A stretch of DNA of 64,000 bases from Candidatus Spongiisociaceae bacterium (GCA_965262915.1 OZ253564.1:4096001-4160000), one strand, 5' to 3'. Numbered from the stretch's first letter, positions 19,526 through 32,480 are shown. A program made the numbers and translations. The notes: generated by a model not told the origin, from the letters alone.

Positions 19526-19666
19526 CGGGCCATCTCCACTACAAGCGTGCAATTACGTGAATGTAATCTTGCTCCATGGCTAGCGCGTTGTCAAATTGCG
19601 TGAGGCTGCGTCTGCTGACACGGGCGGGGTCGGTAGCCGAGGATCCGAGTCTGTAAACTGCGGCCC

Positions 19667-20410
19667 ATGTTGGCTACCAGGAGCGCCAAGCGAGGGAGGG
19701 CCGGTCGGCTGTCGTGGTTAGGCGGTATCTACCGCACCGATACCGGCAAGAAGTACGCTATGGCGATAAGCGGCGTGGCACTGCTCCTGTTCGTGCTCGG
19801 GCACATGATCGGCAACCTCCACGTATTCGAGGGGGCGCACGGGGGTGTGTTCCGGATCGACGAGTACGGCGAAGGGCTCCGGGACCTCGGCCGGCCGCTT
19901 TTCCCGCGGACGCTGATCCTCTGGGGGCTGTTCCGCGTGCCGCTCGCCGCCGCGTTCGCCATCCATATCCACGCCGCGTGGGCGCTGACCCGCAGCAACC
20001 GGGCGGCCCGTGCTACGAAGTACCAGTCGCCCAGGAGCTACCTGGCCGCCAACTACGCCAGCCGCACCATGCGATGGAGCGGGATAATCGTGCTGCTGTT
20101 CCTTATCTGGCACCTGGCCGACCTGACGATCGGGGTGGAAGCCGTGAACCCGGACTTCGAGCGAGGGATGGTCTACCACAACCTGGTGTCCAGCCTGAGC
20201 CGGTGGCCCGTGTGGATCTTCTACGTCGCGGCCCAGGTAGCCCTCGCCTTCCATATATGGCACGGCGCGTGGAGCCTCTTCCAGAGCCTCGGCATCAACA
20301 ATCCTCGCTTCAACCGCTTCCGCAGGATCTTCGCCAACTTCTTCTCGACCGTGGTGGTCGCCGGGTTCATCTCGGTTCCCCTCGGCGTGGCCTTCGACGT
20401 GATCCGGTAG
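19667..20410 (+). CDS. sdhC: succinate dehydrogenase cytochrome b subunit
   Basis: [35 protein letters not shown]; first gene of the operon. Confidence 0.9.
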   Translation: MLATRSAKRGRAGRLSWLGGIYRTDTGKKYAMAISGVALLLFVLGHMIGNLHVFEGAHGGVFRIDEYGEGLRDLGRPLFPRTLILWGLFRVPLAAAFAIHIHAAWALTRSNRAARATKYQSPRSYLAANYASRTMRWSGIIVLLFLIWHLADLTIGVEAVNPDFERGMVYHNLVSSLSRWPVWIFYVAAQVALAFHIWHGAWSLFQSLGINNPRFNRFRRIFANFFSTVVVAGFISVPLGVAFDVIR

Positions 20411-20418
20411 CAGGACTG

Positions 20419-22341
20419 ATGGAGATGCAGGTACTCGACGCCAGAATCCCGGCCGGACCGATACACCAACGTTGGGACAACCACAAGTTCTCCATGCGCC
20501 TCGTCAACCCGGCCAACAAGCGCCGGTTCACGATCATCGTGGTCGGGACCGGACTGGCCGGCGCCTCGGCCGCCGCGACCCTCGGCGAACTCGGCTACCG
20601 GGTCAAGGCATTCACGTACCACGACTCGGCCCGGAGGGCCCACTCGATCGCCGCCCAGGGAGGCATAAACGCCGCCAAGAACTACACCAACGACGGGGAC
20701 TCCGTATTCCGCCTGTTCTACGACACGGTGAAAGGAGGCGACTACCGGTCCCGCGAGTCGAACGTCTACCGGCTGGCGCAGTTGTCGCTGGAGATAATCG
20801 ACCAGTGCACGGCCCAGGGTGTCCCCTTCGCCCGGGAGTATGGGGGTCTGCTGGCCAACCGCTCCTTCGGCGGCTCCCAGGTCTCCCGGACCTTCTACGC
20901 GAGGGGACAAACCGGCCAACAACTGCTCCTGGGGGCCTACCAGGCCATGATGCGTCAGGTGAATCTGGGCACGGTCGAGTTGTACGGACAGACCGAGATG
21001 CTGGACGTGGTCGTCAAGGACAGAAGGGCGGTGGGTATCGTCACCCGCGACCTCGTCAGCGGCGACATCAGGTCGCACTCCGGACACGCGGTGATCCTGG
21101 CGACGGGTGGTTACAGCAACGTCTACTACCTCTCCACCAACGCGATGAAGTGCAACGTGACCGGCATCTGGCGGGCTCATCGCAAGGGCGCCCTCTTCGC
21201 CAATCCCTGCTACACCCAGATCCATCCCACCTGCATCCCCGCCTCCGACGAGTTCCAGTCCAAGCTGACGTTGATGTCGGAGTCCCTGCGCAACGACGGG
21301 CGTATATGGGTGCCGGCTCGGCCCCGCGACATCCGTGCGCCCGGCGACATCCCCGAGAGCGAACGGGACTACTACCTGGAGAGGCGCTACCCGGCGTTCG
21401 GGAACCTGGTGCCGCGCGACGTGGCGTCGAGAGCGGCCAAGCTGGAGGTGGACCGGATGAAAGGAGTCGGTCCGCTGAGCAACGGCGTCTACCTGGACTT
21501 CGAGGAACCCATTGGCCGGCTGGGTGAGGCAGCGGTCCGGGAACGCTACGGCAACCTCTTCGACATGTACCAGAGAATCACCGGCGAGAACCCGTATGAG
21601 TTGCCGATGCGTATCTACCCGGCCGTCCACTACACGATGGGCGGTCTGTGGGTGGACTACAACCTGATGACCACCATTCCGGGCCTCTACGCGCTCGGCG
21701 AGGCCAATTTCTCCGATCACGGGGCCAACCGCCTCGGCGCGTCGGCTCTGATGCAGGGCTTGGCGGATGGCTACTTCGTCGTTCCGTACACGATCGCCGA
21801 CTACCTGGCCCCTCTCCTGGGAGAGCAGGTAATACCCACAGACGATCCCGCGTTCCGGGATGCCGAGGCAGCCCTCGTGGACGATACCGAACGCTACCTC
21901 TCGATCGGAGGCGGCCGCTCGGTGGACTGGTTCCATAGGGAGTTGGGCAAGATCGTGTGGGAACACTGCGGTATGGAGCGGAACGCGCAGGGGCTCCGGC
22001 AGGCCCGCTCGGAGATCGAGGGCCTCAAGGACGAGTTCGACCGTGACCTCCGGGTTCTTGGGGACAGCAGTTCGCTCAACCAGTCTCTGGAGAAGGCGGC
22101 CCGGGTCAACGACTTCTTCGAGTTGGCCGCGCTCATGTGTCGGGATGCCCTCGACCGGGAGGAATCGTGCGGAGGGCACTTCCGTGTGGAGCACCGGAGC
22201 GCAGACGGTGAGGCTCTGCGGGACGACGAGAACTTTACATACGTGGCGGCCTGGGATTGGGCCGGGGGAGGCGTCCCGACCATGCACCGGGAGGACCTGC
22301 AGTTCGAGTGCGTCGAGCCGAGCCGGCGCAGCTACAAGTAG
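20419..22341 (+). CDS. sdhA: succinate dehydrogenase/fumarate reductase flavoprotein subunit
   Basis: [44 protein letters not shown]. Confidence 0.96.
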   Translation: MEMQVLDARIPAGPIHQRWDNHKFSMRLVNPANKRRFTIIVVGTGLAGASAAATLGELGYRVKAFTYHDSARRAHSIAAQGGINAAKNYTNDGDSVFRLFYDTVKGGDYRSRESNVYRLAQLSLEIIDQCTAQGVPFAREYGGLLANRSFGGSQVSRTFYARGQTGQQLLLGAYQAMMRQVNLGTVELYGQTEMLDVVVKDRRAVGIVTRDLVSGDIRSHSGHAVILATGGYSNVYYLSTNAMKCNVTGIWRAHRKGALFANPCYTQIHPTCIPASDEFQSKLTLMSESLRNDGRIWVPARPRDIRAPGDIPESERDYYLERRYPAFGNLVPRDVASRAAKLEVDRMKGVGPLSNGVYLDFEEPIGRLGEAAVRERYGNLFDMYQRITGENPYELPMRIYPAVHYTMGGLWVDYNLMTTIPGLYALGEANFSDHGANRLGASALMQGLADGYFVVPYTIADYLAPLLGEQVIPTDDPAFRDAEAALVDDTERYLSIGGGRSVDWFHRELGKIVWEHCGMERNAQGLRQARSEIEGLKDEFDRDLRVLGDSSSLNQSLEKAARVNDFFELAALMCRDALDREESCGGHFRVEHRSADGEALRDDENFTYVAAWDWAGGGVPTMHREDLQFECVEPSRRSYK

Positions 22342-22349
22342 GGAGTCAC

Positions 22350-23111
22350 ATGGATCTGACGTTGAGGGTATGGCGGCAGGAGGGTCCCGATGCCGAAGGC
22401 CGGTTCGAGACCTACGAGGCGGCCGGTGTCAGCGAGGACATGTCGTTCCTCGAGATGCTGGACATCGTGAACGAACGGCTCGTGATGGCAGGACGCGAAC
22501 CGTTCGCCTTCGACCACGACTGCCGGGAGGGAATCTGCGGTACCTGCGGGCTGATGATCAACGGTCGCGCCCATGGACCCCAGGCCAGTACCGCCACCTG
22601 CCAGTTGCACATGCGCGAGTTCTCGGACGGTGACACGATCGTGATCGAACCGTGGCGGGCCACCGCCTTTCCCATCATCCGGGATCTGGTCGTGGATCGG
22701 TCCCCCCTCGACCGGATCATCGAAGCGGGCGGCTATATCACGGTGCCCACCGGATCGGCGCCCGAGGCCAACCTGATCCCGGTCCCGAAGGAGGCCGCGG
22801 ACGCCGCGATGGATGCCGCCGCCTGCATCGGATGCGCGGCGTGCGTGGCCGCCTGTCCCAACGGGGCCGCCCAATTGTTCACGGCCGCCAAGGTGGCCCA
22901 CCTGAACCTCCTCCCCCAAGGCCGGCCCGAGCGATGGCGGCGTGTCGAGAGGATGGTGGAGACCATGGAGGAGTACTTCGGCTCCTGCACCAACCACGGC
23001 GAGTGCGAGAAGGCCTGCCCCAAAGACATCTCCCTTGACAACATCGCCATCATGAACCGCGATTACCTCCAGGCGAAGTTCCGCAACCGCAAGTTGGCGG
23101 GGCAGCGTTAG
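22350..23111 (+). CDS. sdhB: succinate dehydrogenase iron-sulfur subunit
   Basis: [33 protein letters not shown]. Confidence 0.96.
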   Translation: MDLTLRVWRQEGPDAEGRFETYEAAGVSEDMSFLEMLDIVNERLVMAGREPFAFDHDCREGICGTCGLMINGRAHGPQASTATCQLHMREFSDGDTIVIEPWRATAFPIIRDLVVDRSPLDRIIEAGGYITVPTGSAPEANLIPVPKEAADAAMDAAACIGCAACVAACPNGAAQLFTAAKVAHLNLLPQGRPERWRRVERMVETMEEYFGSCTNHGECEKACPKDISLDNIAIMNRDYLQAKFRNRKLAGQR

Positions 23112-23177
23112 TTCGGTTGGGCTCTTGGTAATGTCGGGGTCGCCGTTCGCAAGGCCGTCGACCAAGGAGTCTCTCTC

Positions 23178-23567
23178 ATGGGCGCCAAGTTCCTCACCTC
23201 CGAGTGGGCACGGGCCGCCAGCAGTGCCCTCGCGCAGCACGCAGGGTTCTCCTCCGCCATCGAAGGGGTCGGGGTCTCCCTCCAGTTCGGGGTGACAGAC
23301 ACACCGCACGGGTCCGACAGCAGCTACTACGTCAAGGTGACCGACGGAACCGCCATCATCAAGATCGGCACCATCAGGAAAGCGGACGTCACGGTGAGCA
23401 CCGACTACGCGACCGCTGCGGCTATCTCCAGAGGTGACCAGAACATCCAGACGGCGTTCTTCAGCGGGAAGCTCAAGGTGGCCGGCAACCTCGCCAAACT
23501 GATGCTTCACCAAGCGGCTCTCGGTCATCTGGCGGACGCGGTCTCGACACTCGACGTGGATTACTGA
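23178..23567 (+). CDS. SCP2 sterol-binding domain protein
   Basis: KFLTSEW, AFFSGKLKVAGNLAKLM. Confidence 0.88.
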   Translation: MGAKFLTSEWARAASSALAQHAGFSSAIEGVGVSLQFGVTDTPHGSDSSYYVKVTDGTAIIKIGTIRKADVTVSTDYATAAAISRGDQNIQTAFFSGKLKVAGNLAKLMLHQAALGHLADAVSTLDVDY

Positions 23568-23617
23568 GGGTCGATAGCGCGAGAAGGCTCGGCGGGAGAT
23601 CGCTCCACACCCGGTTT

Positions 23618-23720
23618 GGAGGGTACTGACAAACGCCTCGTTCGCCCGCCGGTCAATGCGAGAATGCCACCTCGGCGGACGACGGGCCGGGCTCTTGCTC
23701 CGTTTTGGGCGCCCTCCTAG
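23618..23720. repeat. MITE-like family B copy in reverse orientation, abutting the HU stop codon
   Basis: GGAGGGTACTGA...GGCGCCCTCCTAG; reverse complement aligns with 17417-17488 and 27781-27852. Confidence 0.7.
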
Positions 23721-23992
23721 GAGTTCACGGAATCCTTGAGCGCCCGTGACGCCCGGAAGGCCGGCGCCTTGCCGGCCGGGATCTCGACAGCCTCCCCCGT
23801 GCGGGGGTTTCGACCGGTCCGAGCGCGGCGCTCACGCACGTCAAAGGTCCCGAAGCCGCTGATCTGAACCTTTGCCCCATCGTGGAGGGCTGCGGCGATC
23901 GTCTTGAAAACGGAGTCAACCCCTGCCGCGGCAACCGCCCTTGATACTCCCGCCTCGTAGGCAACTATGTCGGCTAGGTCTCGCTTGTTCAT
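23717..23992 (-). CDS. hup: DNA-binding protein HU
   Basis: MNKRDL...GFGTF...RTGRNPRTGE...PAFRAS..LKD. Confidence 0.95.
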   Translation of the reverse strand: MNKRDLADIVAYEAGVSRAVAAAGVDSVFKTIAAALHDGAKVQISGFGTFDVRERRARTGRNPRTGEAVEIPAGKAPAFRASRALKDSVNS

Positions 23993-24127
23993 CGAACTCC
24001 TCCATTGCGTACAGAAGGTCAAAGCCTCGGGAAACAACCGGGAAATTATACGCAAGCCTCTTCACGGAGCGGAGCATCCGGCTGGATCTCCGGAAGCCGG
24101 CACCATCCGGGGAACCGGTGGCGTGGC

Positions 24128-25081
24128 TCAGTCACCGGCCAGGGTGGCCAACTCGGCCACCTTGGCTCGCACCGCCGCGGCGGCTTCTCCGAGATCGTCC
24201 CGTTCGGCTTCCGTGAGGGGCAACTCGATGACTTCCTCCACGCCTCCCCCACCAAGCCGTGCAAGAACCCCCAGGTACACCCCGGATATTCCGTACTCAC
24301 CCGTCACCCAGGCGCACACCGGCGCCGTGTAGGGCTCGTCGTTGAGAACCGCCCTCGCCATAGCCGCCGCCGCCGAGGAAGGGGCGTAGTACGCGCTCCC
24401 GGTCTTGAGGAGGCCGACGATCTCCGCTCCCCCGTCTCGGGTACGCTCCACCAAGGCCGCTATCTCGTCCTCGGACAGGAGTTCGCTCAGTGGCGTGTCG
24501 CCGACGAAGCACTGGGACGGAACCGGAACCATCGTCTCGCCGTGGCTTCCGAGCGTGAGTGCCCTGACCGACAGCACGTCCGCATCCAGCCGCTCAGCGA
24601 TGAAGTGGGCGAAGCGGGACGAGTCCAGGATGCCTGCCTGACCCATCACCTTGCGGCGAGGCAGCCCGCTCACGTCGGCGGCGAGCTGGGTCATCTGGTC
24701 GAGAGGATTGGTGACCACGATGATCGTCACGTCGGGAGACCGCTCCACCAGTTCCTCGGTCACCTGCTTGACGATCCGGGCGTTGACGGCCAGCAGATCC
24801 ATCCGGGACATCCCCGGCTTGCGCGCCAGGCCGGCGCTGATGATGGCCACGTCGCTGCCCGCTGTCTGGTCGTAGTCGTTGGTCCCGATCACCCGTGTCC
24901 GGTAACCCTCGATCGGCCGCGACTGGTTCATGTCGAGTGCCAGACCCTGGGGCAGACCCTCCACGATGTCGGTCATCACCACTTCGTCGGCAATGTCCGA
25001 TCCGGCGAGCCGCTGCACGGCGGTAGAGCCGTACTTGCCGGCCCCGATCACCGTTATCTTCTTGAATCCTCCAGTTCCCAT
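24128..25081 (-). CDS. mdh: malate dehydrogenase (LDH-like)
   Basis: IGAG.YG, AGLARKPGMSRMDL, VTNPLD, LDSSRF, RTRDGGAEIV.LLKTGSAYYAP. Confidence 0.95.
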   Translation of the reverse strand: MGTGGFKKITVIGAGKYGSTAVQRLAGSDIADEVVMTDIVEGLPQGLALDMNQSRPIEGYRTRVIGTNDYDQTAGSDVAIISAGLARKPGMSRMDLLAVNARIVKQVTEELVERSPDVTIIVVTNPLDQMTQLAADVSGLPRRKVMGQAGILDSSRFAHFIAERLDADVLSVRALTLGSHGETMVPVPSQCFVGDTPLSELLSEDEIAALVERTRDGGAEIVGLLKTGSAYYAPSSAAAAMARAVLNDEPYTAPVCAWVTGEYGISGVYLGVLARLGGGGVEEVIELPLTEAERDDLGEAAAAVRAKVAELATLAGD

Positions 25082-25119
25082 GGCGCGTGCTCCCACTCCT
25101 CCCGGCGGTGGCGGCGATT

Positions 25120-26391
<1,272 letters not shown>

Positions 26392-26426
26392 GAAATCTCC
26401 TGTTTCTTCTTTACAGACCGCCGAGC

Positions 26427-26515
26427 CTAGGAGAGTGCTGAGCGATCCACCAGCGGCCCGCCACTCAACCTTGAGTGGCGGGCCTCCAGCTATCGTCATT
26501 GTTCAGCATTCTCCG
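26427..26515. repeat. MITE-like element with a perfect 14-bp internal hairpin
   Basis: CTAG-GAGAGTGCTGA...TCAGCATTCTCC ends; ggcccgccactcaa-cc-ttgagtggcgggcc. Confidence 0.65.
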
Positions 26516-26592
26516 GCGGTCCGCCGGAAGTGCCCGGTCAACCCGCCACGGACGGCCGCTGCCTCGCAGACGGACCGTTATATCCTGGCCGG

Positions 26593-27648
26593 ATGGCGCC
26601 CCTCCTCGGCCTCGTCGAGCTACGCATACCTCTGCGCCGCCCGCTCTCCAACGCCCGTGGAGCGGTCACCGAGCGGCGGATCGTGCTGATCGCCGTAACA
26701 GAAGCCGGTGTGACGGGCTGGGGTGAAGCGGCGCCGTACCCCGGGGTCACCGCCGAGGACGCCGACGATGTGTGGAAGGCTCTCCGGGCGCGGCCCGAAT
26801 CGGCCCCGGGGGGAGACCCGTCGGCCCTTCCCGCCGCCGCGGCCGCGGGCCTCGATCAGGCCCGGGCGGACCTGGCGGCCCGGAGGGAAGGCACACCCCT
26901 CTGGTCCCTGGTAGGTGGCGACGCGCGGCCGGTCCGGGCCTGCGAGGCGGTCGGGCTGGAAGGCTCCCGCGCGGGAACCGTGAACCGCGTTGAGCGAGCC
27001 GTCGAAGCGGGAATACGGGAGGTGAAGGTCAAGATCGAACCAGGGCGCGATCTCGAGTACCTGCGGGCGGTCCGCGACCGGTTCCCCCGGCTCATGGTGG
27101 CGGCAGACGCCAACGGCAGCTACGAAGCGGATGACCGGTTCTTCGAGGAAGTGGACGGTCTGGGGCTCGCCTACCTGGAACAGCCCCTACCGGCCCACGA
27201 TCTGGACGGTCATGCCGAGCTCCGGGACCGGCTGGCGACACCGGTCTGCCTCGACGAGTCCGCCGCCACGCCCGCCGGCGCCCTCGACGTCATAGAACGG
27301 GGGGCAGCCGACATCGTGAGCGTGAAACCCGGCCTGTTGGGTGTCACCGGGTCCCGGCACGTGATGGAGCAGGCCCGGGCGGCGGGCGTGACGGTGAAGA
27401 TAGGGGGCTTGGTGGAGACCTCGGTGGGACGCGCCCACGCTCTGGCTCTCGCGACGCGGCGGGAGGTGAAGTTCACCGATCTGGTCCCACCACGCCGGTT
27501 GCTGGCCGGGGACGTGTCGCCACACCCTTGGGAACTCACCGACGGATACTTCCACCCACCGGATAGCCCCGGAACCGGTATCAGCGTGGACCCGTTCGGA
27601 GCCGGCGCCGCCGGATACGTGACACGTCACGAGTTGTTCGAATCCTGA
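26593..27648 (+). CDS. menC: o-succinylbenzoate synthase / N-acylamino acid racemase (enolase superfamily)
   Basis: GWGE, KVKI, ADANG.Y, EQP, CLDES, K.G motifs. Confidence 0.8.
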   Translation: MAPLLGLVELRIPLRRPLSNARGAVTERRIVLIAVTEAGVTGWGEAAPYPGVTAEDADDVWKALRARPESAPGGDPSALPAAAAAGLDQARADLAARREGTPLWSLVGGDARPVRACEAVGLEGSRAGTVNRVERAVEAGIREVKVKIEPGRDLEYLRAVRDRFPRLMVAADANGSYEADDRFFEEVDGLGLAYLEQPLPAHDLDGHAELRDRLATPVCLDESAATPAGALDVIERGAADIVSVKPGLLGVTGSRHVMEQARAAGVTVKIGGLVETSVGRAHALALATRREVKFTDLVPPRRLLAGDVSPHPWELTDGYFHPPDSPGTGISVDPFGAGAAGYVTRHELFES

Positions 27649-27656
27649 GGAGGGAG

Positions 27657-27853
27657 CTAGGAGGGTGGTGAAAAACCCCATCACGGCCCGTCGCCCGATG
27701 ACATAGTGCCTGTTCAGAGGAAGACGGGCCGTTGCTCCCCACCGTTTTAGACCACCCTCCTAACAAACGGGTGAATGGTTGGCCCGTCGGCCGCTGACGT
27801 GGCATTTTGTCATCGACTGTCGGGACCACGGGGCGTTTCTCAGCACCCTCCTG
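27657..27853. repeat. two adjacent family-B MITE-like units
   Basis: CTAGGAGGGTGGT...ACCACCCTCCTAA (27657-27763) followed by a unit ending TCAGCACCCTCCTG that supplies the folD stop. Confidence 0.65.
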
Positions 27854-28721
27854 TTACTCGCCGGGCGCCGAATCGATGCTCGGCGGCGGTGACGGTGTTG
27901 TGCATCAGCATGGCGACGGTCATGGGTCCCACCCCACCGGGTACCGGGGTGATGGCGCCGGCGACTCCCGCCACGGCGGCGAAGTCCACATCACCCACCA
28001 GGGAACCCGACCCGGTTCGGTTGATCCCCACATCTATCACCACCGCTCCGGGTCGGACGTGATCGGAGCCGATCATCTCGGGCCTTCCCACCGCCACCAC
28101 CAGGATGTCGGCCCGGCGGGTCACCTCGGGCAGGGACCGGGTCCGGGAGTGGGCGATGGTGACCGTGGCGTCGGCGCCCCTGGCCGCCATGAGCAGCGCC
28201 AGCGGCCGCCCCACGAGAAAGGAGCGTCCCACCACAACCACGTTCGCTCCCCGCACCTCGATTCCGTAGTGTTCGAGGATCCGCATGCACCCGCTGGGGG
28301 TACACGGCACCAGGACCGGGCGGTCGAGGACGATCATGCCCAGGTTGGTGGGATGAAGGCCGTCCACGTCCTTGGTGGGATGGATCTCCCGGGTGGCCGA
28401 CTGGTCGTCCAAGCCGGCCGGTAGGGGGAGCTGTACCAGGATGCCGTCGATGGCCGGATCGTCGTTGAGTTCCCTGACCAGGTCGACCACCTCGTGCTGG
28501 ACCACGTCCGCGGCCAACTGGTGATGGACCGAACGGATCCCCACCTCGGCTGCCCGCCTCCGCTTGGAACGCACGTAGGTGGAGGAGGCCGGGTCGTTGC
28601 CGACCAGGACGGTCGCCAGTGTAACTTCTTTCCCCCGCGCCCCGAGCGCTGCCACGCGCTCGCGCGTCTCGTCGAGCACCGCGCCTGCGACGATCTTGCC
28701 GCCGAGAAGGGTTGCTGCCAT
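27840..28721 (-). CDS. folD: methylenetetrahydrofolate dehydrogenase/cyclohydrolase
   Basis: YVRSK, GILVQLPLP, KDVDGLHP, PCTP.G, TPVPGGVGPMT. Confidence 0.96.
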   Translation of the reverse strand: MAATLLGGKIVAGAVLDETRERVAALGARGKEVTLATVLVGNDPASSTYVRSKRRRAAEVGIRSVHHQLAADVVQHEVVDLVRELNDDPAIDGILVQLPLPAGLDDQSATREIHPTKDVDGLHPTNLGMIVLDRPVLVPCTPSGCMRILEHYGIEVRGANVVVVGRSFLVGRPLALLMAARGADATVTIAHSRTRSLPEVTRRADILVVAVGRPEMIGSDHVRPGAVVIDVGINRTGSGSLVGDVDFAAVAGVAGAITPVPGGVGPMTVAMLMHNTVTAAEHRFGARRVTGGC

Positions 28722-28797
28722 CTCTTCTCCTATCGGTCCGGACCGTAGCGTCGAACTCCCGCCAAAGGCGAGCGCCATCTAAGCACACCGACCACCG

Positions 28798-30336
28798 CTA
28801 GTGACGGAACTGCCGCTCGCCCGTGAACACCATGGACACTCCCAGACGGTCGGCTGCCGCGATGACGGCCTCGTCGTTGAACGACCCACCGGGCTGGATC
28901 ACCAGCGCGACCCCCGCCGCCGCGGCCGTCTCGATCCCATCGGGGAAGGGGAAGAAGCCGTCGGACGCGCAGGCGCCCCCCTTCGCCCGACCCGCGGCCT
29001 TGGCGGTCGCTATCTCGACGGCGCCCACCCGATCCTGCTGGCCGGCACCGATGCCCCAGGCTGCTCCGTCCCTGGCCATCACTGCCGCGTTCGACGAGAC
29101 GAACCCGCATACCCTCCACGCAAAGGCCCCGTCCTCTTCCTCGCGGGCGCTCGGCCGGCGCCGCGTGACTACCCGCCATCCGTCCCGACCGGTCGTGAAC
29201 CCGGCAGGAGCCTGTACCAGCCACCCTCCGTCGATCTGGCGGACACTCCGCGCCGGGGAGTCGGGGACCGGCGACTGCAGGATACGGGTGTTGGCTCGCC
29301 GGGCGCGGATCCTATCCACGACCCCCTCGTCGAATCCGGGAGCGATCACCACATCCGCCTGCGGCGCGCTCTCCATCCGGGTCACGGTACCGGCGTCCAC
29401 GACCCGGTTGAGCGCCACCACCCCACCGAATGCGGCCCTCTCATCGCAGTCGATGGCTCTCCGGTAGGTGTCGGAGAGATCCCGACCCACGGCGGCGCCG
29501 CACGGACCGGCGTGCTTGATCACCGCAGCAGCGGGTCGATCACCGAGATCGTGTACCAGAGCCCAGGCGGTACCGGCGTCGAGCAGGTTGAGGTAACTGA
29601 GCGGCATCCCGCCCAGCTGGATGGTGCGGTCCCACCAGTCCGTTCCGTCGCTGCGGCGGTAGCGGGCTCCCGGCTGATGGGGGTTCTCGCCGTAGCGCAG
29701 CACCTCGGCGCGCAGGAGGGTCACATGCAGGGTCGGAGGTAGCAGGGGTGGCGCGTCCCCGGCGGAGTCGAACCAGCTGACGATGGCCCCGTCGTAGGCC
29801 GCGGTGTGGGCGAATGCGGCCCGGGCGAGTTCGCGTCGGGTAGGACCGGACAGCTCGCCGGCGTCACACAGTTCCTCCAGTACCCGGTCGTAATCATCCG
29901 GATCCACCACCACGCCGACGTGGGCGTGGTTCTTGGCCGCGGCCCGCAGGAGGGTCGGACCGCCTATGTCGATCATCTCGAGACCCGGCTCCGACCCGAA
30001 CGGGTAGAGGTTGACCACCACCAGGTCGATGGGATCGATGCCGTAGCGCTCCAGTTCGGCCGCGTGCTCGGGATCCGACCGGTCGGCCAGGATGCCCCCG
30101 TGGATCTTCGGGTGGAGGGTGACGACCCGGTGTCCCAGCATGGGCGGGCTGCCGGTGTGGTCGGCCACGTCGGTGACCGCCAGCCCCGCCTCGTCCAGCA
30201 CCCGCGCGGTACCGCCGCTGCTCAGCAACTCCCAGCCGAGGTCGGCCAAGCCGGCCGCCAGTTCGACCACCCCGGTCTTGTCGAACACCGACAGCAGAGC
30301 CCTACGGGTCACAGCCGGCACCTGCCGATCGGGCAA
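28798..30336 (-). CDS. purH: AICAR transformylase/IMP cyclohydrolase
   Basis: [48 protein letters not shown]. Confidence 0.96.
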   Translation of the reverse strand: MPDRQVPAVTRRALLSVFDKTGVVELAAGLADLGWELLSSGGTARVLDEAGLAVTDVADHTGSPPMLGHRVVTLHPKIHGGILADRSDPEHAAELERYGIDPIDLVVVNLYPFGSEPGLEMIDIGGPTLLRAAAKNHAHVGVVVDPDDYDRVLEELCDAGELSGPTRRELARAAFAHTAAYDGAIVSWFDSAGDAPPLLPPTLHVTLLRAEVLRYGENPHQPGARYRRSDGTDWWDRTIQLGGMPLSYLNLLDAGTAWALVHDLGDRPAAAVIKHAGPCGAAVGRDLSDTYRRAIDCDERAAFGGVVALNRVVDAGTVTRMESAPQADVVIAPGFDEGVVDRIRARRANTRILQSPVPDSPARSVRQIDGGWLVQAPAGFTTGRDGWRVVTRRRPSAREEEDGAFAWRVCGFVSSNAAVMARDGAAWGIGAGQQDRVGAVEIATAKAAGRAKGGACASDGFFPFPDGIETAAAAGVALVIQPGGSFNDEAVIAAADRLGVSMVFTGERQFRH

Positions 30337-30357
30337 CGTCGCTGTTCCGCAGGCATG

Positions 30358-31242
30358 TCAGAGGTCTGCCACGACCTCCACCATCAGCTCACCGGCTTCG
30401 CTGGGGTTGGCCCCGACCCTGACCCCGGCAGCCCGGAGCGCTTCGATCTTGGCCGCGGCCGTTCCCTTGCCGCCGGAGACGATGGCCCCCGCATGACCCA
30501 TCTTCTTGCCGGGAGGGGCGGTGATCCCGGCTACGTAGGCCACCACCGGCTTGCTCATATGGTGGGCGATGTAGTCGGCGGCTTCCTCCTCGGCCGATCC
30601 ACCGATCTCGCCGATCATCATGACCGCTCCCGTCTCCGGGTCGTTCTCGAAGGCGGCCAGGCAATCGGTGAACGAGGTTCCGGGGACGGGATCGCCGCCG
30701 ATCCCGACGCAGGTCGTTACACCGATGCCGTTCTGTCTCAGTTCGTACAGGGCCTGGTAGGTCAGGGTTCCGGAACGGCTCACGATGCCCACCGGACCGC
30801 CCGGGAGGGCAATGTCGCCGGCGGTGATGCCCACGTTGGCTCGGCCCGGGCTGATGATCCCCGGACAGTTGGGACCGATCATCCGAACCCGCGCGTGGTC
30901 GCGCAGGAGCTTGTTGGTTAGCCAGGCCTCGTCCTTGGCCGGCACCCCCTCGGTGATGACCACCACCAGCCCCACCCCGCCCTGCGCCGCCTCCACGACG
31001 GCGTTCTTCACGAAGGGAGCCGGGATGAAGACGCAGGAGACATCGGCGCCGGTCGCCTCGACGGCATCCGCCACGGTGGCGAAGATGGGAACCCCCTCCA
31101 CGTCCCAGCCGGCCTTGGAAGGGTTGGTGCCCGCCACGACGTTGGTGCCGTAGTCACGGTTCCGCAGTCCGTGGAAACGCCCCTGGCGCCCGGTGAGTCC
31201 CTGGTAGACGACCCGGCTGTGCTCGTCCAGCCAGATGCTCAT
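30358..31242 (-). CDS. sucD: succinyl-CoA ligase alpha subunit
   Basis: GPNCPG, SRSGTLTY, GIGGD, GEIGG, MGHAGA. Confidence 0.96.
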   Translation of the reverse strand: MSIWLDEHSRVVYQGLTGRQGRFHGLRNRDYGTNVVAGTNPSKAGWDVEGVPIFATVADAVEATGADVSCVFIPAPFVKNAVVEAAQGGVGLVVVITEGVPAKDEAWLTNKLLRDHARVRMIGPNCPGIISPGRANVGITAGDIALPGGPVGIVSRSGTLTYQALYELRQNGIGVTTCVGIGGDPVPGTSFTDCLAAFENDPETGAVMMIGEIGGSAEEEAADYIAHHMSKPVVAYVAGITAPPGKKMGHAGAIVSGGKGTAAAKIEALRAAGVRVGANPSEAGELMVEVVADL

Positions 31243-32387
31243 GATCCGCTCCCAGCCAGCTCCACCGCCTTCGCGGCGCCCTCCGGCATCGAATCCGACA
31301 TCATCAGCATCTCCGAGAGGTGGGGTTCGATCATGGCCCGGCCCTCGATGGCGTTGGTACCGTCCAGACGCACGACGATGGGCGACCGCATCGCCACCCT
31401 CCCCAGCGCGTCGAGGATGCCTTGGGCCACCACCTCGCCCTTGACTATGCCCCCGAATATGTTGATGAAGATCGCCCTCACCGCCGGGTCGTTGTTGATC
31501 ACCTCGAGCGCGCCCGCCATGGTGTCGACATCCGCTCCCCCTCCTATGTCGAGGAAGTTGGCAGCGGCACCGCCTGCCTGGGCTACCACATCGACGGTAC
31601 TCATCGCCAGGCCGGCCCCGTTGGCGATCACCCCGACCGTCCCATCGAGACCCACGTACTGGAGTCCGCGGGCGTGGGCGGCGGTCTCCCGCTCGTCTCT
31701 CAGCTGCGTGGCGTCGTACTCCTGGTAATCGGGGTGCCGGAAACGGGAGTTGCCGTCCAGGGTGACTTTGGCATCGAGAGCCCGTACGCCGCCCTCGGCA
31801 GTCAGGATCAAGGGATTGATCTCCACCAGGTCGGCGTCACCCTCGACGAAGGCGTCGTACAGCTTGAGCAGCACGCCGACCAGTTCATCGGCGGCGGTCT
31901 CATCCAGCCGGGCGGCCCCGACCCACATCCGGGCGTCCGATTCGTCCAGACCCTCGACCGGGTCGATCCGGATCTTGGCGATGGCGTCCGGATCGGAATC
32001 GGCCACCGCCTCTATGTCCACGCCCCCCCGGGCGGACAGGATCCCCAGGTACCGGCGAGCCGAGCGGTCCAGGGTGAAGCTGGCGTAGTACTCGGCGGCG
32101 ATCTCCGAGGCCTCCTCGATGAGCACACACCCCACCGTGTGGCCGCGGATGTCCATACCCAGGATGGAATCGGTGGCGGTTGCCACCTCTTCGGCGCTCC
32201 CGGCCAGCTTGATCCCACCGACCTTGCCGCGGCCGCCCACGTGAACCTGGGCTTTCACGACGACAGGGAAACCGATCCTCTCGGCGATCCCGACCGCCTC
32301 GGAGGGTCCTCGGGCCACGAACCCGGGTGGTACCGGAATCCCGAAACGGGCGAAGAATCGCTTTCCTTGGTACTCAAGAAGATCCAC
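31239..32387 (-). CDS. sucC: succinyl-CoA ligase beta subunit
   Basis: DLLEYQGK, KAQV..GGRGK.GG, EINPL, NGAGLAMST, NFLDIGGG. Confidence 0.96.
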   Translation of the reverse strand: MDLLEYQGKRFFARFGIPVPPGFVARGPSEAVGIAERIGFPVVVKAQVHVGGRGKVGGIKLAGSAEEVATATDSILGMDIRGHTVGCVLIEEASEIAAEYYASFTLDRSARRYLGILSARGGVDIEAVADSDPDAIAKIRIDPVEGLDESDARMWVGAARLDETAADELVGVLLKLYDAFVEGDADLVEINPLILTAEGGVRALDAKVTLDGNSRFRHPDYQEYDATQLRDERETAAHARGLQYVGLDGTVGVIANGAGLAMSTVDVVAQAGGAAANFLDIGGGADVDTMAGALEVINNDPAVRAIFINIFGGIVKGEVVAQGILDALGRVAMRSPIVVRLDGTNAIEGRAMIEPHLSEMLMMSDSMPEGAAKAVELAGSGS

Positions 32388-32480
32388 GGGCCGTAATCCT
32401 ATCCGTCCGGAGAGGGGGCGTATCCGCGAGCGGCTCGCCGCGGCTTCCCCCGAGAGAGGGCGAGATGGTCCTAGCGACGA

